A stretch of 64,000 bases of DNA from a virus: positions 1-64,000 of IMG/VR virus record IMGVR_UViG_3300032323_003754; one strand, given 5' to 3'. The notes under the pieces were generated by a model. The model ran no database searches. It was not told the origin of the DNA and saw nothing but the letters and a program-made list of their open reading frames with translations. The translations under genes and the position numbers were made by a program. Of the stretch, positions 38,001-46,670 are shown piece by piece (the first letter of the stretch is position 1; each line of letters starts with the position of its first letter).

Positions 38001-41000
38001 ATGGAAATCAATATAACGAAGGACAAAACTGTAAGGTACTTAAGCAATTTGGTGACACTATAGCAACAGCCCCTGCTAGTTTTGGTCTTCAAAAAATACC
38101 TCTTTCTGCATTTACTAGTAATTATCCAGGTGGTGGGATAGGTCCTGCAATTTTAACCTTAAATTCCTCATATCTTCCACACGAATTTGTAGAGGGAGAA
38201 AGGGTTACACTAATAGATAACTTCAATCCTATTTCATCGAGTATTTCGGGTGTGTACAGAATCAGTAGGGTTACCTCTACTGGATTTTCAATTCCTGTTA
38301 TATTGTCGGGTTCTGTAACTGCTTCACAATTCTCAGTTATTAAAAACGGTTCTATAACAATTAACTATAAGGGAAAAAGACAGGCTCGAGTAGAATTTAA
38401 CGGAAGATTAGATACGACCCTTGGTAATTTAATGAGTGCATTAAATAATTCCAAAAAGGATCCATCTTTCGGTATAGACACTATATTAAGCTCTTCCATT
38501 TCGGATTCATTAGTTCAGGAATGGATGGATGTTACATTTAAAGCTCCAATTGGATCTGGTAATTTATATAATGGTGAGAATCTTGAAATTGTAACAACAG
38601 GAGGATTATATTCTTATGATGGAACATCCCGTGTTAAATCTACCTCAGCATTGATAGATGGCGGATCAAATTCTTATTCAGATTATGTTGACTATAATTT
38701 CGATGGCGATATTCCAGTAGAAAATATAAGATATTACGGGACTAAAAAACTAGATTGGGATGCTTTTGATGCTTTAGAGTGGGATAATTTATATTCTCAA
38801 ACATGGCAACTCTATGATTATCATCATGATTGGTTAGGTGGATTTTCCCTTTACAATTTACAAAGCGGTGATAAAATCAGGATTGGAGCTGATACTAAAG
38901 GAACAGTACTGGGTGACGCTTCGTCTCCAGACTATAGCCCAGGATATCTAGATTTAAGGGAAGCAGCAAATCAACTTAGTATTTCTACTGAGGCTGGTAT
39001 TTCTAAATTCTATTATGAAGTTAGAGGGTTTTCTAAATTACAGGGTAGCTTCAGACCTAACGGATTAATAAGACCGGAAAAGGAATTTATTGCAACCGCT
39101 TCGCAGACTAATTTTATTTATGAATATACACCAGATCATATAGAGGTTTATGTTAACGGGACTAAATTAACCTCCCTACAATATACTGCAAATGACGGTA
39201 ATGTAATTAATATATCTTCTTCTATTTCTGCTGGTGATATAGTTAAAATAGTAGATCTTCCAATCTCGTGTCTCGCAATACCATATAACGGATCTACTGA
39301 ATCATATGATGTTCAGCCTGGATTCTCACCAGGGGTAGGTGCTCCTACTTCGATAGTTCAAAGCAAAGATGGAGATATTGTAATGGGCGGAGATAACTTA
39401 ACTGTATTTAGATCTCCAACAGAAATTGATACTTATTACATCTCTTCTGAATATCCAGGATCAGTTCCTAGAAAAGTACAGACTGATGAATATAATAACT
39501 GGTGGTGCTATGGTGAAAGATGCGATGTTCCCCTTGTTATTTATAATAAACAAAATCCAGAAAAAACCAGGATTATTTCAACCACCCCTGTTGCTGGGTT
39601 TTCTAGACCAGATCTTAATTTAATTCTTAATATACCGGATTCTAGATTTCAAGTAGTTGCCCTTGCGGTAGACAACTTAACCGATAACTTTGTAATGTAT
39701 ATTAAATACTATCAGTCTTATACATCGTCTGCACAAGATACTGTATTTAGATTGATTGAATATAATGCATCTACTAAAGAATTTGTTAATATATCCACAT
39801 TAGGTCCACAGTGGTTAGGATCTAAAACGTATGATGTGGGAAGTATAGTTAGTCGGAACGGTAAATCCTATACATCATTATTAGGATCAAATTTCAATAA
39901 AAATCCAGAAACCAATCCAAATTATTGGAAGCTAATTTATCAAGAAAATATTGGTATTGTAGATGTTACCTCTATTTCAGTTAGACAAATGAAATTCGAA
40001 TATGTTGGGGATAAATCTAAACTTTGGATGGCTACCAATGATGGAATTAAAATCTACGACGGAATTAAGATAAAGACTTTAAAGACGGGTAACTCTGGAT
40101 TAGATTCCAATAATACCTATGCTATTACGTTTGACGAGGTTGGTGGTAAATGGATTGGAACAACCGATGGTATATTCTATTTTGACGGCGGAAGATGGGG
40201 TGGATGGACAACTACTTCAACCCCTTCACTACCCGCGGGAAAAACAAGAAATATAGTTAATCTTAAAAATGGCAGAATCTTCTACATGATTGAAACTGGT
40301 ACAGGAACATACAAACTGGTTTATTTCAATGGAATAGAGTTTAAGATTTATGACAATGACCCAGGAACAACTAATCAATTTAGTCCTGCAGTTAACTTAG
40401 ATTATGATTACGAGGAAATATATTTCTTTGCAAATAATGTTAAAACAATTTCGGGGGATTATACCAGATACGTAGGAGATCTTTTCTATCTAGGAGATGA
40501 TGTAGGTCAGGATGTTTATCTTAGAAAAATAAATTATACAATACCTTATATTCATGCATCCGCTAAAACTCCAGGTACGGCTGGATGGGATTTCATATAT
40601 CATCTATCATATAGACCAATTCCTGATCCTATTTATTTGAAAAACAAGGGTCTAGGATCAGTTGAGGTTAATTTTAATTTAATTGTTGGTCCTTTATATA
40701 CATCTTCGGTTAACATAGGTAAAGATCCACAGTTACCTTATGTTGACACAAAAAGCTGGAAAATCCCTTCATGGATAAAATACGATTTTGAGAATGTTAT
40801 AAACTCCCATCCATCGATAAATGCTGATGATTTATTTTTAGATGCTCCACTTAGAGATATTATCTCAGGAAAAACTTCCCAGGAGAGTTATTGGAGAAAT
40901 TCAAACGTTATAAGAAGTGCTCAGAGAGATAAAGGAAATATAGTAGATAGTTTTGAGTGGGTTATTAAGATAGGAGATTCTAATGATGATAGAGGAATTA

Positions 41001-42715
41001 AAACGTATATCGACGAAGAAGGATTTGTGTATGTAACTGGATATTTTAAGGGCTCTGTTACATTTGGCTCTTCTAATAATATAGCATCAGGAACTGCTAA
41101 TACGACGGAGATCTCTAATAATTGTCAATCTATATTTGTTGCTAAATACAACCAATTCGGTGTAATACAATGGGTTAGAAAATATGGCGATACCGGAATT
41201 CCTAATGATTATGACTTTACCCCAACCGGGATTAAAGTTGATTATTTAGGAAATATTATAGTTGTAGGACATAAGAATAAAAACAGAAGCGTAGTAAGTG
41301 CAACCCCAGATTTACCTAGTAACATTTACGTTAAATGGGATTGGAACGCAGATTTAGTTACAGCTACCACATTATTTACTCCTTCCAGCGGTACTATCGA
41401 TGATATTATAAGCGATCTTGCAATAGATCAAGTGGGTAACGTTTATGTTACTGGTGTTTTTGATGGCACATTAAGTTCTGGCTTAAATACTATAACATCC
41501 ACAAGTAGCGATCCTGAGGTTTTTGTTTCTCGAGTAGAAGGTGACGGAAACGTTAAATGGATTTATAAAATAGGAAGCGGGGGAAGTGAGACTAGCCCTC
41601 GTATACAAATAGGATATGCATACGAAGATCTTTATGTTACGCTTAATGCTAACTATGGGTCAACCCAGGAGATCTTGCTTAGAAGATATTCTAGCTATGA
41701 TTTCCATTTAGATTGGAGCAAATCAATACCAAACCAAAATTATTCTGGTATACCTACCAAGCCACATATTAAATTATCGACCAATGGTGAAATTGCTTTA
41801 GGAGCAACATTTGCTGGAAATTTATCTGTTGAGAATATTAACATTGAATCTGAAGGACTAAGCGACATAGCAATATTTAAATTTAATGGATTCAAGGCAC
41901 TCTGGGGTAAGAACGTGGGATCAACCGTTTCAGATTTTTGTCATGATGTTGAAATAGATTCAGAGGGAAGTATATTTGTTCTAGGATCATACGGTGCATC
42001 ATTAATCGCTTCACCTGAATTTTCTTCACCTAATTATTACCCAGCACCTGAAGGTAATCTCGATCTTATCATGTTTAAATATTCTGGGGTGGGAACATTA
42101 CTTGATATAGTTGATGCAGGAGGTATAGCTAAAGACGAAGGAATTTCATTGTCTATAGACAAGGAGGATAATATTTATCTAACTGGTTATATCTCAGGGG
42201 AAGCTCAATTCTCTAACTGGATAGCTTCACCAAGCGGTGGGGAAGATGCCTTTATAGCTAAAATATCAAACCTGAGATACAGAAAAGGAAATAAAATAGG
42301 TAATCCTTTCTCCTGGTTTGGATCTTCTGCCTGGGCTAATGGAGATGTTAAGCTTTTTTCTAAGGAATTTGAAATACCATTGGGTACAACGGTAGTATTC
42401 AATCCTATAGATTCTTTCATTCCCGGGAAGAAAAACCACGTATGGAAATTAATAAAAGGCGAATCTGACGAGGAGCTAATAAATATTAAAGATGCACAAT
42501 CCTTTATATGGACATTTAATCAGCCAGGATTTTATGATCTTTATGCTTCGATAGAAGATAGCAACGGTAATAAATCAATATTAGACAAAAAGGGATACAT
42601 TAGAGTCATAGATCACAAAAATCCAGCTCCGGGCGAAATAGTTAACACTGTAACTAGTGACACCTTCCGCAGAAGAGCAATTTATGAACCAATAACTAAA
42701 GGAGTACTTCTTTAA
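35069..42715 (+). CDS. Giant multidomain baseplate protein (gp7-like wedge domain, CBM5/12-like module, beta-propeller repeats, PKD-like C-terminus)
   Basis: 2548 aa; YLGSYKGLINAIRFFG; W....TYDVGSIVSRNGKSY...NP....YW; WIGT.DG and D..GNVYVTG.F.G propeller repeats. Confidence 0.65.
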   Translation: MSYKNLLFFNKSGSQTNLIWNGDFWEARLMLPAVSVDLFEIEHFFIVEKFKNSQGEIVYGYPHITPDLSGTTSASKIFGSFIAGSRKVVTDVEPKLSYVGAKLFSVQFPNGNEVVAVDVSAKTLTLNDPATYNETLVPLVFNMWKASFETTRNVLDFDTFPSFKGEVVKGKDYITTNIDLNSIKESSEHLMVLGNGIPKDARITSISGKNIYLNKICEVSLKNTTVFVYPVEERNDVSDYIFQYELLEDQTLDAPVLNSMQDSYIKIGYDPSESIIDNTRNTNLIDSSSVSINIALKSSEEGIFGRTLVIEDLSLGYPKIIARIEIHGETIGEDERYKTMLSNFGRRLNSEDAFILRDTDPKEPYTDYEIVNAKRKELLLEGHEIFPYLGSYKGLINAIRFFGYQDLRIKEYWLNIKKSDTAESALKQNSDFVEKLKSEPKSQSTLIGSLLDDENSDKYKQIEIYGKKKDGTYGLKSPIENLFPSSSFKKTSLFGLFYDINKIVEDEFDQFGYPVVENAFLFSPDEVLMKLFGLKEKLKKDYLPLNARIIDITGEGVYFGVYKTRGWVDNLKIDELNQGLDVEIKAYPEYGYIEDLRPFGIRTNRTTPYVPFVGSNQSVYKLSNYGNTVQPLPTNPVLRGSESKRLADAIINFYDERNFLGIEKFRLGDGDSKNGGYLKLSDGLKYEVPAGFPTVLEVTSFILTWDEITNKWEGLDRNVSTYSTQIASFSDILNYTGDTHIDSSFNFTFNLNTLFGTIFNVTLPTGISFLNPTVGKVQIKFTSTDDSACHFVAEVQSYNTLTGACVLKLLNVKNEGAFSSWDIELTNISSSRLDVEYYDYSFNPDGFYSWENLRFAGFYEIEWTVEKKDDNPFYYEFRGRLSDYYKIPVVLPYDGIYSVKCRVWDGFNDICSVYYENYIEVKKRDIELANVARFRETEVYTWENTKKDWNSYGSMWLYPIEGTERIKISNQILNFSEYGNQYNEGQNCKVLKQFGDTIATAPASFGLQKIPLSAFTSNYPGGGIGPAILTLNSSYLPHEFVEGERVTLIDNFNPISSSISGVYRISRVTSTGFSIPVILSGSVTASQFSVIKNGSITINYKGKRQARVEFNGRLDTTLGNLMSALNNSKKDPSFGIDTILSSSISDSLVQEWMDVTFKAPIGSGNLYNGENLEIVTTGGLYSYDGTSRVKSTSALIDGGSNSYSDYVDYNFDGDIPVENIRYYGTKKLDWDAFDALEWDNLYSQTWQLYDYHHDWLGGFSLYNLQSGDKIRIGADTKGTVLGDASSPDYSPGYLDLREAANQLSISTEAGISKFYYEVRGFSKLQGSFRPNGLIRPEKEFIATASQTNFIYEYTPDHIEVYVNGTKLTSLQYTANDGNVINISSSISAGDIVKIVDLPISCLAIPYNGSTESYDVQPGFSPGVGAPTSIVQSKDGDIVMGGDNLTVFRSPTEIDTYYISSEYPGSVPRKVQTDEYNNWWCYGERCDVPLVIYNKQNPEKTRIISTTPVAGFSRPDLNLILNIPDSRFQVVALAVDNLTDNFVMYIKYYQSYTSSAQDTVFRLIEYNASTKEFVNISTLGPQWLGSKTYDVGSIVSRNGKSYTSLLGSNFNKNPETNPNYWKLIYQENIGIVDVTSISVRQMKFEYVGDKSKLWMATNDGIKIYDGIKIKTLKTGNSGLDSNNTYAITFDEVGGKWIGTTDGIFYFDGGRWGGWTTTSTPSLPAGKTRNIVNLKNGRIFYMIETGTGTYKLVYFNGIEFKIYDNDPGTTNQFSPAVNLDYDYEEIYFFANNVKTISGDYTRYVGDLFYLGDDVGQDVYLRKINYTIPYIHASAKTPGTAGWDFIYHLSYRPIPDPIYLKNKGLGSVEVNFNLIVGPLYTSSVNIGKDPQLPYVDTKSWKIPSWIKYDFENVINSHPSINADDLFLDAPLRDIISGKTSQESYWRNSNVIRSAQRDKGNIVDSFEWVIKIGDSNDDRGIKTYIDEEGFVYVTGYFKGSVTFGSSNNIASGTANTTEISNNCQSIFVAKYNQFGVIQWVRKYGDTGIPNDYDFTPTGIKVDYLGNIIVVGHKNKNRSVVSATPDLPSNIYVKWDWNADLVTATTLFTPSSGTIDDIISDLAIDQVGNVYVTGVFDGTLSSGLNTITSTSSDPEVFVSRVEGDGNVKWIYKIGSGGSETSPRIQIGYAYEDLYVTLNANYGSTQEILLRRYSSYDFHLDWSKSIPNQNYSGIPTKPHIKLSTNGEIALGATFAGNLSVENINIESEGLSDIAIFKFNGFKALWGKNVGSTVSDFCHDVEIDSEGSIFVLGSYGASLIASPEFSSPNYYPAPEGNLDLIMFKYSGVGTLLDIVDAGGIAKDEGISLSIDKEDNIYLTGYISGEAQFSNWIASPSGGEDAFIAKISNLRYRKGNKIGNPFSWFGSSAWANGDVKLFSKEFEIPLGTTVVFNPIDSFIPGKKNHVWKLIKGESDEELINIKDAQSFIWTFNQPGFYDLYASIEDSNGNKSILDKKGYIRVIDHKNPAPGEIVNTVTSDTFRRRAIYEPITKGVLL

Positions 42716-43396
42716 TTATCTGTCGTTATACTCTGTGTAAATTCCCAATATTTCAGGTACAATAGGGTGTCTGTGATTTTTCTTAAGGTTGATAATCTTT
42801 ACACCATCTACTCTAGATGCTACTGTATTTAAGAAATCGAGGCCTGAATCCTTTTTAACCTTTAAATCTATTTGTGAAACGTCACCGCAGATCATAATTT
42901 TTGAAGCTACTCCAAGTCTTCCTAAAACCATTTCCATTTGATTGTTGGTAACGTTTTGTGCTTCGTCTACAATTACACAAGAATTCAAAAATGTTCTACC
43001 CCTCATAAAAGGAAATGGAAGTATTTCTATTACCTGCTCTTCAACCATTTTATCGATCTTTTCCTTTTCGTATAACATATAAAGATTAGAATAGATCGGT
43101 GCTAGCCAAGGATCCATTTTCTCTTTTAGATCCCCGGGTAAAAATCCAATATCTTCTTTTGCTACTGTTGGTCTGGTAATAATGATTTTTTCAGCCTCTC
43201 TATTAAAAAGAAGATCTAATGCAATCTGACAAGCTAATAATGTTTTTCCTGATCCAGCCATTCCCCTGATAACAGTTACTGGATTTTCTAGAATTAGTGA
43301 TTTTGCTTCTTTTTGTTCATCATTTAGCGTAAGCTTAAACTTGATTGGACCTTTAACTTTCCCCTTTACCTGCGGTTCTTTTGATGTTCTCTCCAT
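42716..43396 (-). CDS. phoH: PhoH-family ATPase
   Basis: GMAGSGKT, IIITRP, IGFLPGDLKEKMDPW, FMRGRTF, VDEAQN, GDVSQIDL, HRHPIV; likely start MERTSK at 43396 (ORF open from 43477). Confidence 0.93.
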   Translation of the reverse strand: MERTSKEPQVKGKVKGPIKFKLTLNDEQKEAKSLILENPVTVIRGMAGSGKTLLACQIALDLLFNREAEKIIITRPTVAKEDIGFLPGDLKEKMDPWLAPIYSNLYMLYEKEKIDKMVEEQVIEILPFPFMRGRTFLNSCVIVDEAQNVTNNQMEMVLGRLGVASKIMICGDVSQIDLKVKKDSGLDFLNTVASRVDGVKIINLKKNHRHPIVPEILGIYTEYNDR

Positions 43397-43485
43397 AAAA
43401 TTGTTGGTTTTTTTAATAGAAACTAATGTATATTTTACTGTATGATCTCTACATGAAGGATTTATTTCTTCATTCAAGCTTATTT

Positions 43486-43493
43486 GATATATA
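43486..43493 (+). promoter_or_regulatory. Putative late promoter GATATATA
   Basis: 22 nt upstream of the ATG at 43516. Confidence 0.55.
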
Positions 43494-43515
43494 TATTCAG
43501 AATAAAAAACAGCAA

Positions 43516-44466
43516 ATGATTACTATACAGGAGATCCTAGGAACAGACTCGATCGCAGCTTCGAGACTAACGATTAACTCAAATTTTCTTCTAGTTGAAA
43601 ATGAAATTAATGACCTAGAAAACACATTTAATATTAATGTTGTAACGGGAGCAATGGATATTTCCCAGGCAACTAGCGGTCAGCTTAAAGCCAAATCCCT
43701 TTATGCTAACCAAGCAGCTTTTCCTGCATCTGGAACGCCAACGGTAAATATTTATGGAACAGGAGCAAGCGCTGGTAATGCATCTTTTTCTGGGATCGTT
43801 TCAGCAGCTCAGCTTTCAATTTCCGCAACCGGCTCATTTAACCAAGTTAATGCCTCAGGAGCAGCTATTTTTGGCTCTACTGTTAGAATTGATGGTGATA
43901 CAACTTCTAACGCATCTTTTATAAACGGACCAACCGGATCTTTTATTGAAAAAAATGCGATAGCTGCTGGTGGACCAACTAATGCTTTTTCTATTCCGTC
44001 TAACGGGGGTGGAGGTATTACAGGAACATATAGTAATCCTTATGCATTAACCTTTGATGAAAGCGTGATTTATGCTAACTGTGCAAATGTCAGTTCAGTA
44101 GGGGCAGACTCTGCAAACCAAACCGGGTTCTTCTTTAAGGTAAATGCTTCGGGCACTGCACCTTCAGGAACACCTCCGAGCGTTCCCCAGGGATTTAGAT
44201 TAACAATTATTAATACAAACTCTGCTGAGGGACGTATAGCAACTGGGGTAACCGGACCAGGTGATCAATACTATACTGGGTTTAACCAGAGTGCAGGTGG
44301 TTGGTCAGGTAATTATTTAAGAGTTCCAGATTCTGCACCATACAGAACTTCAGTGACCCTACAATGGGAAAATAGAATAGGAAAGGGAGCAGGATCACAA
44401 AATGGATCTTGGGTGGTTGTATCATCTTCCGGATTTGATGGAGTATCAGATTTTGCAACACAATAA
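43516..44466 (+). CDS. Putative fibre/baseplate structural protein
   Basis: Likely start MITIQEILGTDSIAASRLTINSNF (fibre-type N-terminal INxNF motif); Gly/Ser/Ala/Thr-rich. Confidence 0.6.
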   Translation: MITIQEILGTDSIAASRLTINSNFLLVENEINDLENTFNINVVTGAMDISQATSGQLKAKSLYANQAAFPASGTPTVNIYGTGASAGNASFSGIVSAAQLSISATGSFNQVNASGAAIFGSTVRIDGDTTSNASFINGPTGSFIEKNAIAAGGPTNAFSIPSNGGGGITGTYSNPYALTFDESVIYANCANVSSVGADSANQTGFFFKVNASGTAPSGTPPSVPQGFRLTIINTNSAEGRIATGVTGPGDQYYTGFNQSAGGWSGNYLRVPDSAPYRTSVTLQWENRIGKGAGSQNGSWVVVSSSGFDGVSDFATQ

Positions 44467-44482
44467 TAAAAAATAAGAATTA

Positions 44483-46669
44483 ATGGCGAAGACCCCATAT
44501 ATTAGGCCCTTACAGTTACAGGGCGGAACTTTTTACACATTCAGTTCTGCTGCGGAGGATCTTGCTTTAACTTTTAATAACACTGTTAATAAGTTTAGAT
44601 TTTCTAAATACGTTCTTTTAAACATCCCAGAATTCAGAAATCCGGTCTATGGAGAAAATACCATACAGTTTGATTCAATGGATTCTACGTTTTTGGATGT
44701 AGCAGAAGGATCTTTCGATTTAGTTAGTCCAAACAATCTAAGTCCTAACTTAGAGGTATCCTTTCAGAATTATTGTTTAAATCTGGAAGCAACCATACTT
44801 TCCGATAACAATTATAACCCATCTTTAAAAAGAAACGTTTCTGAAAGAGTTTTTTGGAAATGGCTTAAAGAACTAGGAGCTGTTAGATTCAGACCAGCTA
44901 ACTCTAACGAGGTTATACCAACGTTAGATCAAAACGCTACTGGACTAACTGGAGGATTCCCATACTCTGATAAGAGATGGACAGAAGAGGACGATTTTTT
45001 CACTGGTAATGGTAGTGTAACTCCTAGATATTCTAGAGTAGTTAAATATATCGGGGAGTGTGACATAGTTAACTCAGTTCAGCATAAGAACAATTCTTAT
45101 TCCGAGGTTTATATACACGTACCAACTAGCGACGGGCATACCCCTTTAGTTATGTTTAAAACTAAAGCAGATGAGAATTATTATCCTGGTCAAATATTAA
45201 CAAACAGGCCAAGCGATCCCCTGGATTCTGAATATCTTCAAGGTAGAAGCTCTTCTGCTGGTCCATTCGGTCCTAATGGATTACCAACCTTTGCTATTTT
45301 TGATCAAGATGTAGTAGGTCAACCAGGTATTACTGGTACTTCTGCAACGGGAGCTGCTTTTTTTAATCAATGGTACTATCCTAGAAATACAGCTAATTCA
45401 TATTACACCGAATCTAGTTTCTTTAATTCCGATACCGAAGATATCACAAAATATATTAAAAACGGTACAGGAACACAGGTTACTTATAAAAGAAATAAAC
45501 TTGATGGAATTCAATTAGATTTCGATGCGGATAATTATAAACCTATAGTAGATAATCCTTCGATTAGTACAATAGAGGAATATAACTCAACGGTAGATTC
45601 TAGCTCATTTGAGTTTAATGCGGTTTTACTCTATTACGATGTTTACGATCCTAATAATCCAGCCGATTCTGAAACCAATCTTTATGGTGTTTTATTTTTA
45701 GAAGATATCGAGCCAATATCGAATTCTGCTGGAAAAATACCAACCTTTAAGAAATACAAACCTGACGCAGTTACAAAGCTTAATGGTAATTCATATGGAT
45801 TAAAGGTAAATCTTAAATTCGATACTGATGTAGATAATACAGGGGTGGAACTTGCAGTAAATGATTACTCGTCTTTTTCACTTTCCATGTTTATGGATGC
45901 AGCTAACGTATTACAGGAAGCTTCTAGAACATTAAATGATCAAACTACAGAAATTATAAATCTATCAAATAGAGTTTCTAACGTAGAAGATCTTATAATC
46001 ACAATGGACGATAACACATCTCTTAGTGCTAGAATTAAAGCACTAGAAGATGCAATGGTAGCAAACCAGTCATTGTTTAAAAATACGCAGGATATATTAG
46101 GACTGATTGAAAGAAATTATTCCCTTACTAATAATCTTTTAAACGGTAGAACTGATATTAAGCTTTCTTATGATCTGGATCTTGTTAGAAGTGGAAAGGG
46201 AATTAATGTTGACAGATCTACACCGAACAAGTTAATACTAAATAATACAGTTCAGCATTATAACATAACAGAAGGTGTAAACTACAACTTTAACATTAAC
46301 CAAACCAGCGGAAATACCCTCGTACTTAACGAGTTTAATAATTATTATAAGCACACTAATTTCGGACTAACTATCAATCTGGTGAATGATTTGGTAATAA
46401 AAATAGACGACACAAACAGTAAGTGGCATAAGGGACAAACACTTAGATTGGTTTTTGATGATATGGTGGTTCTTAATGGTAATAATATTTTAATATACAC
46501 GGACATAAAAGGTGCATATCCTCTAAGTGCACCATCTGGAGTTCCATACAGCGTTCTAATTGGAGGATTTACACAAAGCATTTTCGCTTCTTCTAACAAC
46601 AAACCGATATTTGATATCGTTTGTGTTGACGAAAAGAATTTAGTTTTTGAAATAGATCAAATAAGATAA
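44483..46669 (+). CDS. Virion structural protein
   Basis: 728 aa in the structural operon; short coiled coil near the C-terminal third. Confidence 0.55.
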   Translation: MAKTPYIRPLQLQGGTFYTFSSAAEDLALTFNNTVNKFRFSKYVLLNIPEFRNPVYGENTIQFDSMDSTFLDVAEGSFDLVSPNNLSPNLEVSFQNYCLNLEATILSDNNYNPSLKRNVSERVFWKWLKELGAVRFRPANSNEVIPTLDQNATGLTGGFPYSDKRWTEEDDFFTGNGSVTPRYSRVVKYIGECDIVNSVQHKNNSYSEVYIHVPTSDGHTPLVMFKTKADENYYPGQILTNRPSDPLDSEYLQGRSSSAGPFGPNGLPTFAIFDQDVVGQPGITGTSATGAAFFNQWYYPRNTANSYYTESSFFNSDTEDITKYIKNGTGTQVTYKRNKLDGIQLDFDADNYKPIVDNPSISTIEEYNSTVDSSSFEFNAVLLYYDVYDPNNPADSETNLYGVLFLEDIEPISNSAGKIPTFKKYKPDAVTKLNGNSYGLKVNLKFDTDVDNTGVELAVNDYSSFSLSMFMDAANVLQEASRTLNDQTTEIINLSNRVSNVEDLIITMDDNTSLSARIKALEDAMVANQSLFKNTQDILGLIERNYSLTNNLLNGRTDIKLSYDLDLVRSGKGINVDRSTPNKLILNNTVQHYNITEGVNYNFNINQTSGNTLVLNEFNNYYKHTNFGLTINLVNDLVIKIDDTNSKWHKGQTLRLVFDDMVVLNGNNILIYTDIKGAYPLSAPSGVPYSVLIGGFTQSIFASSNNKPIFDIVCVDEKNLVFEIDQIR

Positions 46670-46670
46670 A

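Noticed and set aside
18118-42715. Bacterial eCIS/tailocin/T6SS locus
   Set aside because: Includes a neck (head-joining) protein and sits among phage-type genes with no bacterial housekeeping context.
43426-43515. N-terminal extensions of ORF 43426 and of phoH (to 43477) creating a head-to-head overlap
   Set aside because: Downstream ATGs (43516 and 43396) remove the overlap, and 43516 fits the promoter motif spacing.
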